From Octopus vulgaris (taxonomy: Eukaryota), in contig OX597827.1 in assembly GCA_951406725.2 (NCBI GenBank), positions 34,100,001 to 34,164,000 on the forward strand: 64,000 nucleotides of DNA, given 5' to 3'. Below the pieces are notes generated by a model, which was not told the DNA's origin, made no database searches, and worked only from the letters and a program-made list of their open reading frames with translations. The position numbers and the translations under genes are program-made. Positions 24,891 through 36,667 of the stretch are shown piece by piece (position 1 is the first letter of the stretch; each line of letters opens with the position of its first letter).

Positions 24891-25677
24891 TTAACCCTTT
24901 AAACTGGCCATATCCAGCCAAAATATTCAACCTGTTTTATGTTCAAACAGGCAGATAAGGTTTCTCACACCTAACCTACAATAACATTCTAAAAAAATTA
25001 ATTAACATAAAAATTTCATAGCTACAGAATAATGCAGGATTAATTCAAAATAATGTGAATAAATAAGCATTACATTTGACAGAATAATGTGAATGCTAAG
25101 GGGTTAAAGGTAACAGGTTCTCAGATTATTTATATAATGTCATTGTAAGGCAGGTGTGAGAGGTTGGATCTAGTCAATTTGAACATAAAACCAGTAGAAT
25201 ATTTAGGCCTGATACGGCCATATTAAAGGCTAGAGAGTTAATATTTACCTTTCAATATTGAAGTCACGGCACATGTAGAATAACAAGTAATGGCAATTTT
25301 ACACCAGGAACAGATAAAGAAAAGCAAAAGTGTGTAGTAATGCAACCTCCATCCAAGAAAGGACTGTAAACCTGCAAAAGACTGAAAATACAAAACATCC
25401 ACCTATCTGCAGGATTCTACCTTACCACTGTAGTTAATTGGACATCATGGGGGCAATTGCAAAACTGGTAAAATTTCAGCAAATAATTTGGAGCAACAGA
25501 AAGATTTAATCCTTTAACATACAAATTACTCTGTCAAATATAATGTTATGATGTGATAGTTTATGTTTAGATAGATATTGTAGGATAGGTGTGAAAGGCT
25601 GGACCTTGGTGGTTTGATCATAAAACAAGTAGAATATTTGGACCAGATATGGCTGGTTTAAATGTTAAAGGGTTAAG
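24891..25677. mobile_element. Cluster of piggyBac-type MITEs (family B)
   Basis: TTAACCCTTT...AGGGGTTAA (24891-25107) plus partial or complete copies at ~25120-25240 and 25506-25677. The same family occurs at 39170-39578. Confidence 0.7.
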
Positions 25678-26134
25678 ACTTAAACTCTGTTTTTACAACT
25701 TCATTGAACTATCAACATTATTGTAAAGGTACAGAATATGTATTCTCAGTCTGTAGAAATAGAAACCACATCACAACTTATCTTAAATGACGAGTTCATG
25801 AGACAATTAAGTCCTTGATATACAAAAAGATAAGATGCACAAAATTTGGATCTAAACAACAGACTAAGGAGTACAGGGGATTCAAGAGATAATGTGATAA
25901 GGGCAAGAAACGAAGACCTTCAATAGTTTGTTGACAAACTCGTAATACAATACTGATATATACAACTGGTCAGTCAATGAAAGAATATAACCACTGTCCT
26001 AAAAGCAAGTGTATAAATAAAGGAGTGTCACTATCTTCAGGTTTGTCAAAGTTATGATGTATAAAGACAATTTTTATTAAACTCTATTTTGTTAGTACTT
26101 TTTGTGGTGAATCAAAATCATAAAAGATAATTTT

Positions 26135-26364
26135 GAGTGGTTCTCAACCAAGTTCCATCTAACAAAACAGTATATTAGGGATTCACAATAGTATATTAAG
26201 GGCCCTTGACAAAAATTTTGCTTCAGATGTGTGTATTACAAGAAACAACTAGGTTTCTTTCTCTAGGATTTTACATATAGGAGTTTTGAAAGAAGTTTCT
26301 TTAAACATTGAATGGTTATAGTAATCAAAGGGGTCCTTAGATGAAAAATGGTTGAGAACCCCTG
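26135..26364. mobile_element. hAT-Charlie-like MITE
   Basis: GAGTGGTTCTCAACC ... GGTTGAGAACCCCTG followed by GTCTAGAA, a Charlie-type target. Confidence 0.65.
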
Positions 26365-26935
26365 GTCTAGAAGATAACATTCAACAATATATAACATATT
26401 TAAATGAGATTTTTAATATAAAATTTACAGATAAAATGTTAGAATTTCAGTCATGTTTTACATGAATCTCTCAGTTCTTTTCAAGTCTATTTACAAGAGA
26501 TATGTAACAGATCAATCAAGACAATGATATTTGCTTGTTTAAACAACAAGGGGTTTTGAAAGAATAATTTTCTGCAAATTTCGTATCTTTCAGGATTTTT
26601 ACCTTTGTGTTTTTCCAGTTATGATTAATTAAAAAAATATTTAATGACAACTTTTCCAGAATGTGTTTGTGGATTTCACGATTAGAATCCTAGAGAATTA
26701 TTTTTCAAGATTTCACACTAATATTTTCTTCCGGTCAATATTCTGTTGTTCGTTACACGGGCTGACTTATTTCATGTGCGCTCATTTATTAACCACATGT
26801 TTATAATTCACAAAAGAAGGATTTCAAAACAGTTTCAGTGAAAGTGAGGGTACATTTGTAGACGATGCGACGAGAATTCAAAGACGATTTCCAACTTATT
26901 TAATCGAAATAAATGTCTCTTTGGAGGAACCTTTC

Positions 26936-28132
26936 TCACGTTTCACTGTTAAAAGTCTTTCCTCCAGCATGAATTCGTTCATGCCTGTTTAAATGACTAC
27001 TATTGACAAACGATTTACCACAAGTTTCACACCGAAACGGTTTCTCTCCCGTGTGTCTACGTTTATGAACTAAAAGACTAGAACTAACAGAAAACGATTT
27101 ATCGCATATTTCACAATAATAAGGTTTTTCTCCAGTGTGTACTCGTTCGTGAGTTTTTAAATCACTGTTATTCACAAATGATTTCGTACATATTTCACAG
27201 CTATAGGGTTTCTCTCCCGTATGTCTACGTTTGTGACTGATAAGATCAGAGTTCCGAGAGAAGGATTTACCACACATCTCACAAAGATAAGACTTCTCTC
27301 CCGTATGTAATTGCTTGTGGACTATAAGAGAAGACTTCACAGAAAATGATTTCTCACAGATATCACAGTGATAAGGTTTTTCCCCAGTGTGTCTACGTTT
27401 GTGGATTGTAAGTTTACAATTTTCAATGAAATACTTGCCACAGATTTCACAGTGGAACAGTTTTTCCCCCGTGTGAATTCGTTTATGTGTTGTTAAATTA
27501 CTGTTATCAACAAAAGATTTTCCACATACATCACAATGGTAAGGTTTTTCCCCCGTATGAATTCTTCTGTGTCTGGTTAAATTACTGCTGTAGACAAAAG
27601 CTTTTCCGCATATTTCACAGTGGTAAGGTTTTTCTCCAGTGTGAATCCGTTTGTGTCTCGTTAAATTACTACTATGAACAAAAGATATTCCACATATTTC
27701 ACAGGGGTAGGGTTTTCCTCCAGTCTGTATGGTTTTGTGTGGTTTTTCTTCCGTGTGACTACGTATGTGAATAACAAGACTCGAATTTTTTATGAATGAT
27801 TTCCCACAAATCTGACACTGAAACGGGTTTTCTTCGGTATGTATTTTTGTGTGTCTTGCGAAATTACTCTTCAAAACAAAAGATTTTCCACATATATCAC
27901 AGCGGAAGGGTTTTTCCTTGTGGTGTCTTTTTCTGTGCGTAATGACTTCGTATTTTGACGAAAACGTTTTCTTACATATCTCACAGCGATATTCAGCAAT
28001 CTTTCTATGTACTGACGTTTGTTTAGTAAACGTTTCACCACATAATTCTTCGTCACTATATGTCTGCGTATCTGTGTCTATATTGTTAAAAACGGGTTTA
28101 GTAGAAGAGTCCAAGTGATTAACGCCCTCCAT
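26936..28132 (-). CDS. C2H2 zinc-finger protein, 398 aa, 12 tandem fingers, single coding exon
   Basis: Intact ORF with CxxC-x12-HxxxH repeats and TGEKP linkers, a ~47-aa N-terminal leader, and no KRAB/BTB/SCAN recognisable. Confidence 0.93.
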   Translation of the reverse strand: MEGVNHLDSSTKPVFNNIDTDTQTYSDEELCGETFTKQTSVHRKIAEYRCEICKKTFSSKYEVITHRKRHHKEKPFRCDICGKSFVLKSNFARHTKIHTEENPFQCQICGKSFIKNSSLVIHIRSHTEEKPHKTIQTGGKPYPCEICGISFVHSSNLTRHKRIHTGEKPYHCEICGKAFVYSSNLTRHRRIHTGEKPYHCDVCGKSFVDNSNLTTHKRIHTGEKLFHCEICGKYFIENCKLTIHKRRHTGEKPYHCDICEKSFSVKSSLIVHKQLHTGEKSYLCEMCGKSFSRNSDLISHKRRHTGEKPYSCEICTKSFVNNSDLKTHERVHTGEKPYYCEICDKSFSVSSSLLVHKRRHTGEKPFRCETCGKSFVNSSHLNRHERIHAGGKTFNSET

Positions 28133-28158
28133 ATTTATTCACGGAGAATTCTTAAAAA

Positions 28159-28266
28159 CTAAAAAAGACTGTCTGCGAATATATTACCATTAATCTTATA
28201 TCTTCGATATCATGGGACTGTTTACAAGTGTGGAAAACAAGTAAAGTAGATATATTTTCTACTTAC
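28159..28266 (-). other. Putative 5' UTR intron of the 398-aa ZNF gene
   Basis: Minus-strand donor G|GTAAGT at 28266 and acceptor TTTTTTAG at 28159. Positionally conserved in the paralogues (34178-34277, 40942-40999). Confidence 0.65.
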
Positions 28267-28654
28267 CACAAGATCGCTTGTTGTTGTCTGGGTCTTCTAG
28301 TGACTCAGATATTCAAAAACAATTCTATTTCTAGGTAACGAAGTATAGATACGATTAATGGGTGTTTTATATAAAAACTATAAACTGTCCATAAAATAAC
28401 TCTTGATAAACGTTTTGGTGAAATCGGTGTTTTAGTGAGAGAGGTTGTAAGGGGCCTCTCATCAGAAGTGTAAAGAAAAGATATGCGGGGTGTGATACAG
28501 ATGTTGGAGAAACAAAATGTGTACGCATCTATCTATATATATATATAAGCTCGGTACTTATATATGCGGGTGTGTTTCAATGTCAGCGTGTAGTCTAAAT
28601 TAATCAAGATTTTTTTTCCCACGGAGAACAATGATCAAAATGTTCACAACACAC

Positions 28655-28770
28655 ATAACACTTCCGTTTAGAAGACCAGATCGTAAGTCAATAAGGGTCA
28701 GAAACGCTAAACGCTGATTGGCTGGTAATTAAAACCCATTTCCCGAATGCTGATCTCTCATTGGTTGATC
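28655..28770 (-). promoter_or_regulatory. Candidate promoter of the 398-aa ZNF gene
   Basis: On the minus strand: two CCAAT boxes (AGCCAATCAG ~28713-28722, AACCAATG ~28759-28767) and an ETS-like ACGGAAGTG (~28660), about 400-500 bp upstream of the UTR splice donor. Confidence 0.45.
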
Positions 28771-29879
28771 TTTAAAAACCCCACTTATCACTTTTTGTAA
28801 AATTGAGAATCGATCAATTTACAGTAAATTGTCATGACATGAAAAAAAATATTATGGAAAAACCGACCCTGAAATATGCAGATAACCCTATGTTATGCAC
28901 ATATATTAAACGGTTACCCTAGCTTGAGATAATCGATACATTAATATAGCTGAAGTTATTAAGTCAACGGTGTTGTTGATAACTTTTCCCTTTCTGAATA
29001 ACGCCGGTGACGTGTTATAAGGTCCCTATTACAATTTAATACATTCAGAAACTATTTCAATTTCCACCTTCAGTTTTTATATTCAGCCAAAACTAAATAG
29101 ATTTTTACACGCTCTATCAATGAGAGGGCCCTGTGCAGGATCAATCGACGTATTGGAAAAATAAATCAAGAGAATGGTCACACGATGCTGTTGATCATTG
29201 GTCTGTTCGTCTTAGCTGACCTGGTTAATACAGTAAAACCGTCTTCACTTATTTGGTTAAGAACTGCTGGTTGAGACGAACAAATCGACCCTAATACTTA
29301 TTTCGAAGTCTTGTACTATATGATTAGGTTTCAGTTGCCGAACCGCCAAATTGCAGGGACATAAACAAACAACACCGGTCTTCAAGCGGCGTGAACGTCA
29401 AACACAAAGACGCACACACACACACGCATACATACATATACACACACACACGACGAGCTTCCGCACAGTTTCCGTTTAGCAAATTTACTCATAAGGCATT
29501 GTTCGGCCCAAGGTTATACGAGGAGGTACCCAAAAGATTAAGTGGGGGATAACTAGTAAGGCGACATAAATAAGGATATTATTTACTTTGGAACTGATCA
29601 GAATAACTCGTGGAAGACCAGCGTACTGCAATTCATTGTTCCTGATATTCAAATCGTCAACCGTGAATCAGTCTTGGAATATCACCCAATGAGCCGAATC
29701 ACGAGAAAAGATTCCTCATTAGCTGGCACGGCGTTGACTAATTATGAATTTATACACGTACGAAAATTTTAATTCGCCATTTTACCTTATTACGGTATTT
29801 GTTGTTTAACATTAAGTTGACTTACTAGTTATCTCCCCCTTAATTTTTATTTACTTTTTTAAGTTCCTAAACCGAGCAA

Positions 29880-30600
29880 TTGCCGAGACCAGAATTTTGC
29901 AATATTATTTTATTCACTTAGTTTTACATGTTTACACTTTTATTGCCTTCAAAGTATTTGAAGCAATGCATCGGCCCAGACGGGTACTCCACTGTTTGAA
30001 ACAGTGCTGGGACTCTTGCAAAGTGATGCCTTTTAACGCCTCCGTCGTTTTTTCCTCCCCTTTTCCACATCTGCAAATTCCGTAGCACCAACTTTCATCA
30101 CCAGTGATGACCTTCGAAAAAACAAAGGGCCGGATCAACTTCCAGCTGTTCTTTTAGTTCATGACTTGCATTAAGTCGTGACTGCTTTTGATTTTCAGTG
30201 AGCAAGAGGGGCACAAATTTTACTGCAACTCTTTTCATTTGCAATTCCTCACTCAAAATTCGTTGGCAGCAGCTCCAAAACACCCCAATCATATCAACAA
30301 GTCCGTCAATTGCTCAGTGACAGTCTTTCAAGATAAGTTCAAGAATTTTCATGATGTTCTCATTCATTTGGGAGGTTGACAGTTGTCCTGAACGAGGCTG
30401 GTCTTCAAGCGACTAGTGACCATTCCTGGAAAACTTGTGTTTTGCTCATGGCAGCATCCTCGTAAGCTGTTTGAAGCATGACAACTGTTTCAACTGCCAT
30501 TTTCCCCTACAGAAAACAGAATTTCCCAGGAGCACACTGTTTTCTCATTTCAACCATTGCAAAAATCAATGAACAGAGAAGAAGCATGTGGCAGCATGAC
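29880..30600 (-). mobile_element. Mariner transposase remnant (internally deleted)
   Basis: RVAVKFVPLLLTENQKQSR (WVPHEL-like), VITGDESWCYG and CFKQWSTRLGRCIASN. A possible terminus TA|CGAGG lies at 29517. Confidence 0.85.
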
Positions 30601-31039
30601 CTCACTTGATGACACCGGTCAGCAGACTGATGACAGAGGGTCGAATCAAGTGGCTTCTAGTGGCAGAACCCCAAACTGCAAATGGCTTGTCCCACAGAGA
30701 ACATTTGTGGCTACTTTTGGGTACCTCCTCTTAGTACAAGATACTTTCCCAAGATACTGTAAAGTGGAACTTGAAACTACATGCAGAGAGCCTTTTAACC
30801 ACACTGCCAGGCTTGCAACATTGTATCTAATAAATATGCATGTCTGTGACTTTATGCATATATCTGGAAGTCTATCCTTGTGTGAACCACAGCAGTCACT
30901 CACAAACGATTATGACTTATGTGGTAGCATGTACCACACTTTCGGTAAATGTTTTAGTTGTCTATGTCATCACAAACAAGCATACACCACCCTCTTGATC
31001 CTCCCATCCGTTATAACCAGCGGGAAATCCCTCAACTTA

Positions 31040-31420
31040 CCCTGAAATGAAACACCAAAATGCAGCTGTGTTGAATGCCATGGGCGGCAGTCACAAACAA
31101 TTGTCATGGAAACTGAAATGCACGTGCATGTCATGGAGGTTATGGGTGTAAAAATCAACTTGAACTGCGTTCCTAGCATTCATAACTTGGACGCATCAGG
31201 TATGACCCAATTGTCAGCAGCTCAGAGAGAACAAGCTATTGGCCAATTGCAAGCAAGGCAATGTGCCCTGGTTGTTGTGAAAGCTTACAATGTCCATATC
31301 AGCACCATCTATTGCCTGCAACAATGATACAACACCAACAGCACTGCAGACTATGCCCACAGAGGCCCCCATATGACCATGCCCAGGCAGGACCGCTCCA
31401 TCCAACTGCAACACCTCTAA
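31040..31420 (+). mobile_element. Tc1-like transposase N-terminal (HTH) remnant
   Basis: MTQLSAAQREQAIGQLQA...VVKAYNVHISTIYCLQQ*YN...STAD...RGP...RQDR. Confidence 0.7.
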
Positions 31421-32930
31421 CCCCCATAGCTTTCCTCACTCCATCCATCCATCCCGAAGTCTGCCTCTGGATTTACTGCCTACCATTTCTGCCTTCATCA
31501 CCTTCCTTACCATCTGCTCCTCATCCATCCTCTCTATTTGGCCAAACCACCCCAACATTCATCTATCCATTTTGGTTGTTAGTTTTTTTCTCATTCCTCA
31601 TCCAGTCCATCCATGTCACACCAACCATTGCCCTCAAACATCTCATCTCAAACACATTCTTTCCACCTCTCTCAGCCCCCACGTCTCTGCACCATTGTCA
31701 GCACAATCACACCCTCATACACACCTCTTTTCACTTTCATACTCAACCTTTTATCTCTCAGCATATATATTCACAACTCCAAGTATATTACTCTCCTCCC
31801 TCACTCTGTATCCCACCTCCTCAGCCACCCCACCCACCTGCCATCACGTGATCCCAGATACTTAAAAACACTCACTTCCTCTAACATCACACCATTTATA
31901 TTCACATCCATCCTACCAGCCCTTCCATCGCTCAAACATCTCATCACCATTCACTTTTAGTTTCCTCCTCTCACACACTCTTCCAGACTCTACCACCAGC
32001 CTCTTCAGTTGCTCTTCCGAATCCGCCACCAGTGCTGTATCATCAGCAAACAACAACTGACTCGCCTGCCATTTCCTCCCACCAATTGGGTTCCCCTACC
32101 AAAGGTTCTAGCATTTACCTCTCTCACCATACCATCCATATATAAATTAAACAGCCACAGAGATATCACACAACCCTGTCTTAACCCCACCTTCAGATTA
32201 AACCACTCACTTCACCACCTACCCTAACGCATGCCCTACTTTCTCTATAAAATGTACAGCTCTCAACAATCTATCATCTACTCTTTATAACTGCAACACC
32301 TACCACACTGCATCCCTATCCACATGGTCATATGCCTTCTTTAGGTCCATAAAGGTCCAATACAACTCCCTCCCTTTTGCCAAAAACTTCTCACACATCG
32401 TCTTACTACAAATATTTGATCTGTACACCCCCTTTCACTCCTAAAACCATACTTCTCCTCCCCTAGCACACTCTCTGGTTCCTCACCTTAACAATCAGAA
32501 TTCTCCCATACAGTTTACCAACCACACACAACAGACTTATAGCCCTAAAATTTCCACACTCACATTTATCCCCTTTCCCCTTGTACAGCGGCACTATATA
32601 GGCACTTTGGTACTCTTCAAACATTCATAAACCTCACTAACCATTCAATCACTGTCACTCCCCCTTTCTTTAGGCATTCCACTATACACCCATCTATAAC
32701 TGGCACCTTCTGATTTGCCATCTCCCGCAGGGATTCCCTCACCTCCTCTCTTCCAGTTGAACCATAGTTCCATTACCCAACAACAGGCATTCTCCTCTCT
32801 CCTCCTACAGCCACTATACTTGCCTCCCTAACATCCTCTACATTTAACAGCCCACTAAAATACTCTTCCTATCTCCTTTGTACATCCTCACTTCCTTTCA
32901 ACAAATTTCCATATACATCCTTTCTCCAAC
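31420..32930 (-). mobile_element. RTE-BovB-like LINE RT fragment (distinct from the 11-16 kb family)
   Basis: GLRQGCVISLWLFNLYMDGMVREVNA, FMDLKKAYD, IVPLYKGKGDKCECGNFR and FKYLGS in minus-strand translations. Confidence 0.85.
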
Positions 32931-33459
32931 TACCTTTCTTATATATAGAGATAGTTTTTATTGAACAATATTTGTAACAGAGTTTTCAGTGAAGAATCAC
33001 TTTTAAAACAGATTTTGATTGCTCACAAAATACAACCCAACAATTGATAATTATAAAATTTTCAAGATTTAAAATTACATATAAATCTAAATATTTTGTT
33101 AGAAATTACAAAAAAATTTTACATGAATTTCTCAGTTATAGTTCTTTTTACAGTAAATCAGTACAATATTTGTCCACTGTGCTGGTGCCATGTAAAAAGC
33201 CCCTAGCACATTCTATAACGTGGTTGGTATTAGAAACAGCATCCAGTCACAGAAACTGTGCCAAAGTATACAATGGCAGCTGGTGCAGCTTCTGGCCTTA
33301 CCAGCTCCTGTCAAACCATACCAGAAGGCAAAATGAACATTAAATGATAAAGATAATATTTCAACATATGTGCTCAACAGTCTGTACTTGACTGTAGACA
33401 ATAAGTCAAGGTTTGCGAAAGAAAGATTTCAGATATTTAAAGTTCAGTTTAAAAACTTC

Positions 33460-34152
33460 CCTTCATTGTGTAGTCTTTGTGTCTTTTTAAGACACTGTTT
33501 GTAATAAATGATTTGCCACAAAAGTCTCAGCAATAGTTTTTGTTTCCAGGATGTATTTGCTCATATGTTCTTAAATTACTGTTAATGACAAAAGATTTTC
33601 ACATGTCTTACAGCAATGTGGTTTTTCTCCAGTATGTACATGTTTATGAACTATAAGCAATTGCACTAAAAGACTTCCCACAGAGCTAACAATGAAATAG
33701 TTTTTCTCTGTATGTATTCTTTTGTGTTTTGTTAAATCACCATTACAAGCAAAAGATTTGCCACACATTTCACGATAGGGTTTTTCTCCAGTGTGACTAC
33801 GTTTGTGAATTGTCAGTTTAGAATTCATGGGAAATGACTTCCTACAAATTTCACAGTGAAATGGTTGTTGTCCCACAAATTTCACAAGAAACATTGCCAG
33901 ATCAGATTGGAACCTGATGCAGCCGCTGGCTCTCCAGACCTCAATCTAAACTGTCCAACCCATGCCAGCAAGGAAAACAGACGTTAAACAATGATGATGT
34001 CACAGTAATATTCAGGAATTTTTCCTCTGTACTGATTTTTGTTTAATACATTTCACCATATAATAATTCTCCAACACAATATTTGTGTATTTATACCTAT
34101 ATTGTTAAAAACAGGTTTCTTAGAAATGTCCAAGTGATTAACATATTCTATA
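33460..34152 (-). pseudogene. C2H2 ZNF pseudogene, paralogue of 39583-40914
   Basis: Leader homologous (34000-34152) but the ATG reads ATA. The fingers match fingers 10-14 of the 443-aa gene with frameshifts. Most of fingers 1-9 are missing. Confidence 0.88.
33887..33999 (+). mobile_element. 5'-truncated RTE-tail retroposon inserted in the ZNF pseudogene
   Basis: Matches the LINE 3' end (15980-16094), ends in a GAT tail and is flanked by TCACA on both sides. Confidence 0.8.
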
Positions 34153-34340
34153 TTAATTCTCTGGGAATTTTCAAAAGCTAGGAAATGTCCATAGATATGT
34201 CATGGTTCAGTTCTTTGTCATTGATATCTCTTTACATGTGCAGATAATAAGTAATTTAGATTACATTTTCTACTTACCATTAGAAAACTTGTTGCTGAAT
34301 AGTCCTCTTGAAGTGGACAGCATTTTGTGGATCAATATTA

Positions 34341-34720
34341 TCTCTCTATATATAAATGGGAAAATGTCTCTGTGTGTGTGTGTATCCTTTATACAAATCC
34401 ACAATTTTTCAGTTAGAGGGCTTGCACTTTCTATGGTCATTCAAAACCGTCCAAGGGTGGTCGTGCACATCTTTACATTTCTCCAGTCACCCCAGAAAGC
34501 CATTAAAAAAATCAATAGAAGTGACTTTTTTGTGAATTTTCTATCCAAAACCCAATCAAAATGCCCGAAACTTGATACGCCAATTGAATGCCAGCTAGCT
34601 GTATGTGATTGGTCGAAGATTTGGACAGTACTCGCGTGTATGTGCACACGCACGCAGCTGTATATGCATGCACTAGCCCACACACATACACACTTGCACA
34701 TATACACATGTAGATACACA
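34341..34720 (+). mobile_element. Helitron-like non-autonomous element, 5' part
   Basis: A|TCTCTCTATATATAAATGGG followed by (TG)n, the same architecture as at 4886. No 3' CTAG end identified. Confidence 0.45.
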
Positions 34721-34919
34721 TGCATGAAGTCTCATTTTGGAAGTATTATTCTTTTACTTGTTTCAGTCATTTGACTACAACCATGCTGGAACCCCAGGAC
34801 TTATTCTTTGTAAGGTTACTCCTTATTCTATCAGTCTCTTTTGCCAAACCACTAAGTTACAGATACAAACACACCAACATCAGTTGTCAATCGACAGCGG
34901 GGGAGGGGGGAACACAAAT

Positions 34920-34959
<40 letters not shown>

Positions 34960-35084
34960 ACATATATATCAAATCCACTCACAAGGCCCGAGGCTATAGT
35001 ACAAGACACTTGCGCAAGGTGCCACACAGCGGAACTGAACCTGGAACCATGTGGTTGGGAAGCAAGCTTCTTTATTTCAATATT

Positions 35085-36420
35085 TTGCCATAAAGGCATA
35101 ACATAGAGGGGACACTACAAAACATGTGGGGACATATAACAATTAAAAATATGTAAAAATAAAATATGATACTATGAGTGACGTGAAAATGAACATGAGA
35201 AAATACATCAAGGTTATGATAACATGCACGATATCTGAAAATGAAAATATGAAGAGTGTGCTACTCACCCCACACTAAGTAACACCACTCGCTGCCTCTC
35301 AGTCCTACTTCCTCTTTAGTCTCTAGTCTAGTCCTTCTATTTCCGCTCTTGCTATTGCTCAGTGACAACACTCTTTCATAACCTTTTTCACTGGGGAAGA
35401 GGTCTTCTAAATTCTGTGGTGTCTGCTCTTTTTCTTTTTTTCCTGTGGGGGAAGGGGGTGGGTGGGTCTGGTGCCTGTATCTGAGTGATCTTGGGTGGGA
35501 TGGAGTTGGACTGGGGTACCACATCACACTCTGTTCTTTCTTTTCTTCCTTCTACTCTCTCTTACTACCCATTCTTCCTCCTTCTCCATAATTGGTTCGT
35601 CTGTTGTTTCATCCATTGTTTTCTTCTGCAGAAGGCAGTGTACTCTAATGTGGCCCTTTTGGACACATTTAAAACAACAAGGCCAGCGCCGCCTCGGCTG
35701 GCTTCCGTGCCGGTGGCACGTTAAAAGCACCAACCGATCGTGGTCGATGCCAGACCCCCCCTGGCACCTGTGCAGGTGGCACGTAAAAAGCACCCACTAT
35801 ACTCGTGGAGTGGTTGGCATTAGGAAGGGCATCCAGCTGTAGAAACACTGCCAGATCAGACTGGAGCCTGGTGCAGCCCTGGCTTCCCAGACCCCGGTCG
35901 AACTGTCCAACCCGTGCTAGCGCGGAAAACGGAAGTTAAACGATGATGATGATGATGATGGGTCTCTGCCATCCACCCACTCTTAACACAATTTCTCCCA
36001 ACGTCACCGTCTCTGCCAGACTCTCTAGCTGCTTCTCCTATGCCTGCAAGATGAGATCCAGTGATTTCTCTTTCCATCCTCCTTCTGTTTCCGTGGCTTG
36101 AAGGACAGCCACCTCCTCCTCACTTCCAACAAGGATGGCTTCTGCACCCTTAGCCACTTCTATATCAGGTGGGATTGCTTCCACCCTTACCTTGGAAGTC
36201 TTTCTTCCAAGATATGTGGGCAGAAGCACCACCTCTTCCATCCTTGCCAGCCTCCTCCACTGTCCTAAACTGGACGACCAGTTCCGTATTTACAGCCTTT
36301 GGTTATATACATTATTTGGTTCGACCGTTTCCTTAGTGCTTTTTCTATTATTTCCGCTTCCACCTGTTCGGCCTTTTTGTTCTTCAGTGAGCACACCCAA
36401 TAGGTGATAGTTTTCATCTC
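35085..36420 (-). mobile_element. L1/Tx1-like ORF1 (gag-like) remnant
   Basis: Zinc knuckle CFKCVQKGHIRVHC (CX2CX4HX4C) and TSKVRVEAIPPDI. The 3' end (GGGGACA...CATGTGGGGAC) is shared with 41800-41850. Interrupted by a SINE. Confidence 0.6.
35686..35960 (+). mobile_element. RTE-tail SINE or 5'-truncated LINE
   Basis: High similarity to 15830-16094, with a (GAT)n tail. Confidence 0.85.
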
Positions 36421-36438
36421 CATTTGCTCTATGATTCT

Positions 36439-36667
36439 TTAACCCTTTCGTTACTGTATTTATTTTGAGATGCTCTGTGTTTCTTTCAATTATTTTAAAT
36501 ATAACAAAGAATTTAGTAAAATAACTTAGTTATCATTAAGCTAGTATTAGGAATATAAATTGCGACTAAGGTTTGGTGATATATTTTGATGCAAAACTTA
36601 TGAAAACAAGACATTTGTACTACAGAGCCAGAGCCGGTTTTGGCCGGGTTGGTAACGAAAGGGTTAA
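36439..36667. mobile_element. piggyBac-type MITE (family A)
   Basis: TTAA|CCCTTTCGTTAC ... GTAACGAAAGGG|TTAA with perfect 12-bp TIRs. Confidence 0.85.

Noticed and set aside
30557-31045. 162-aa plus-strand ORF
   Set aside because: Non-ATG start, spans a mariner end and SINE-like fragments, and has no domain signature.
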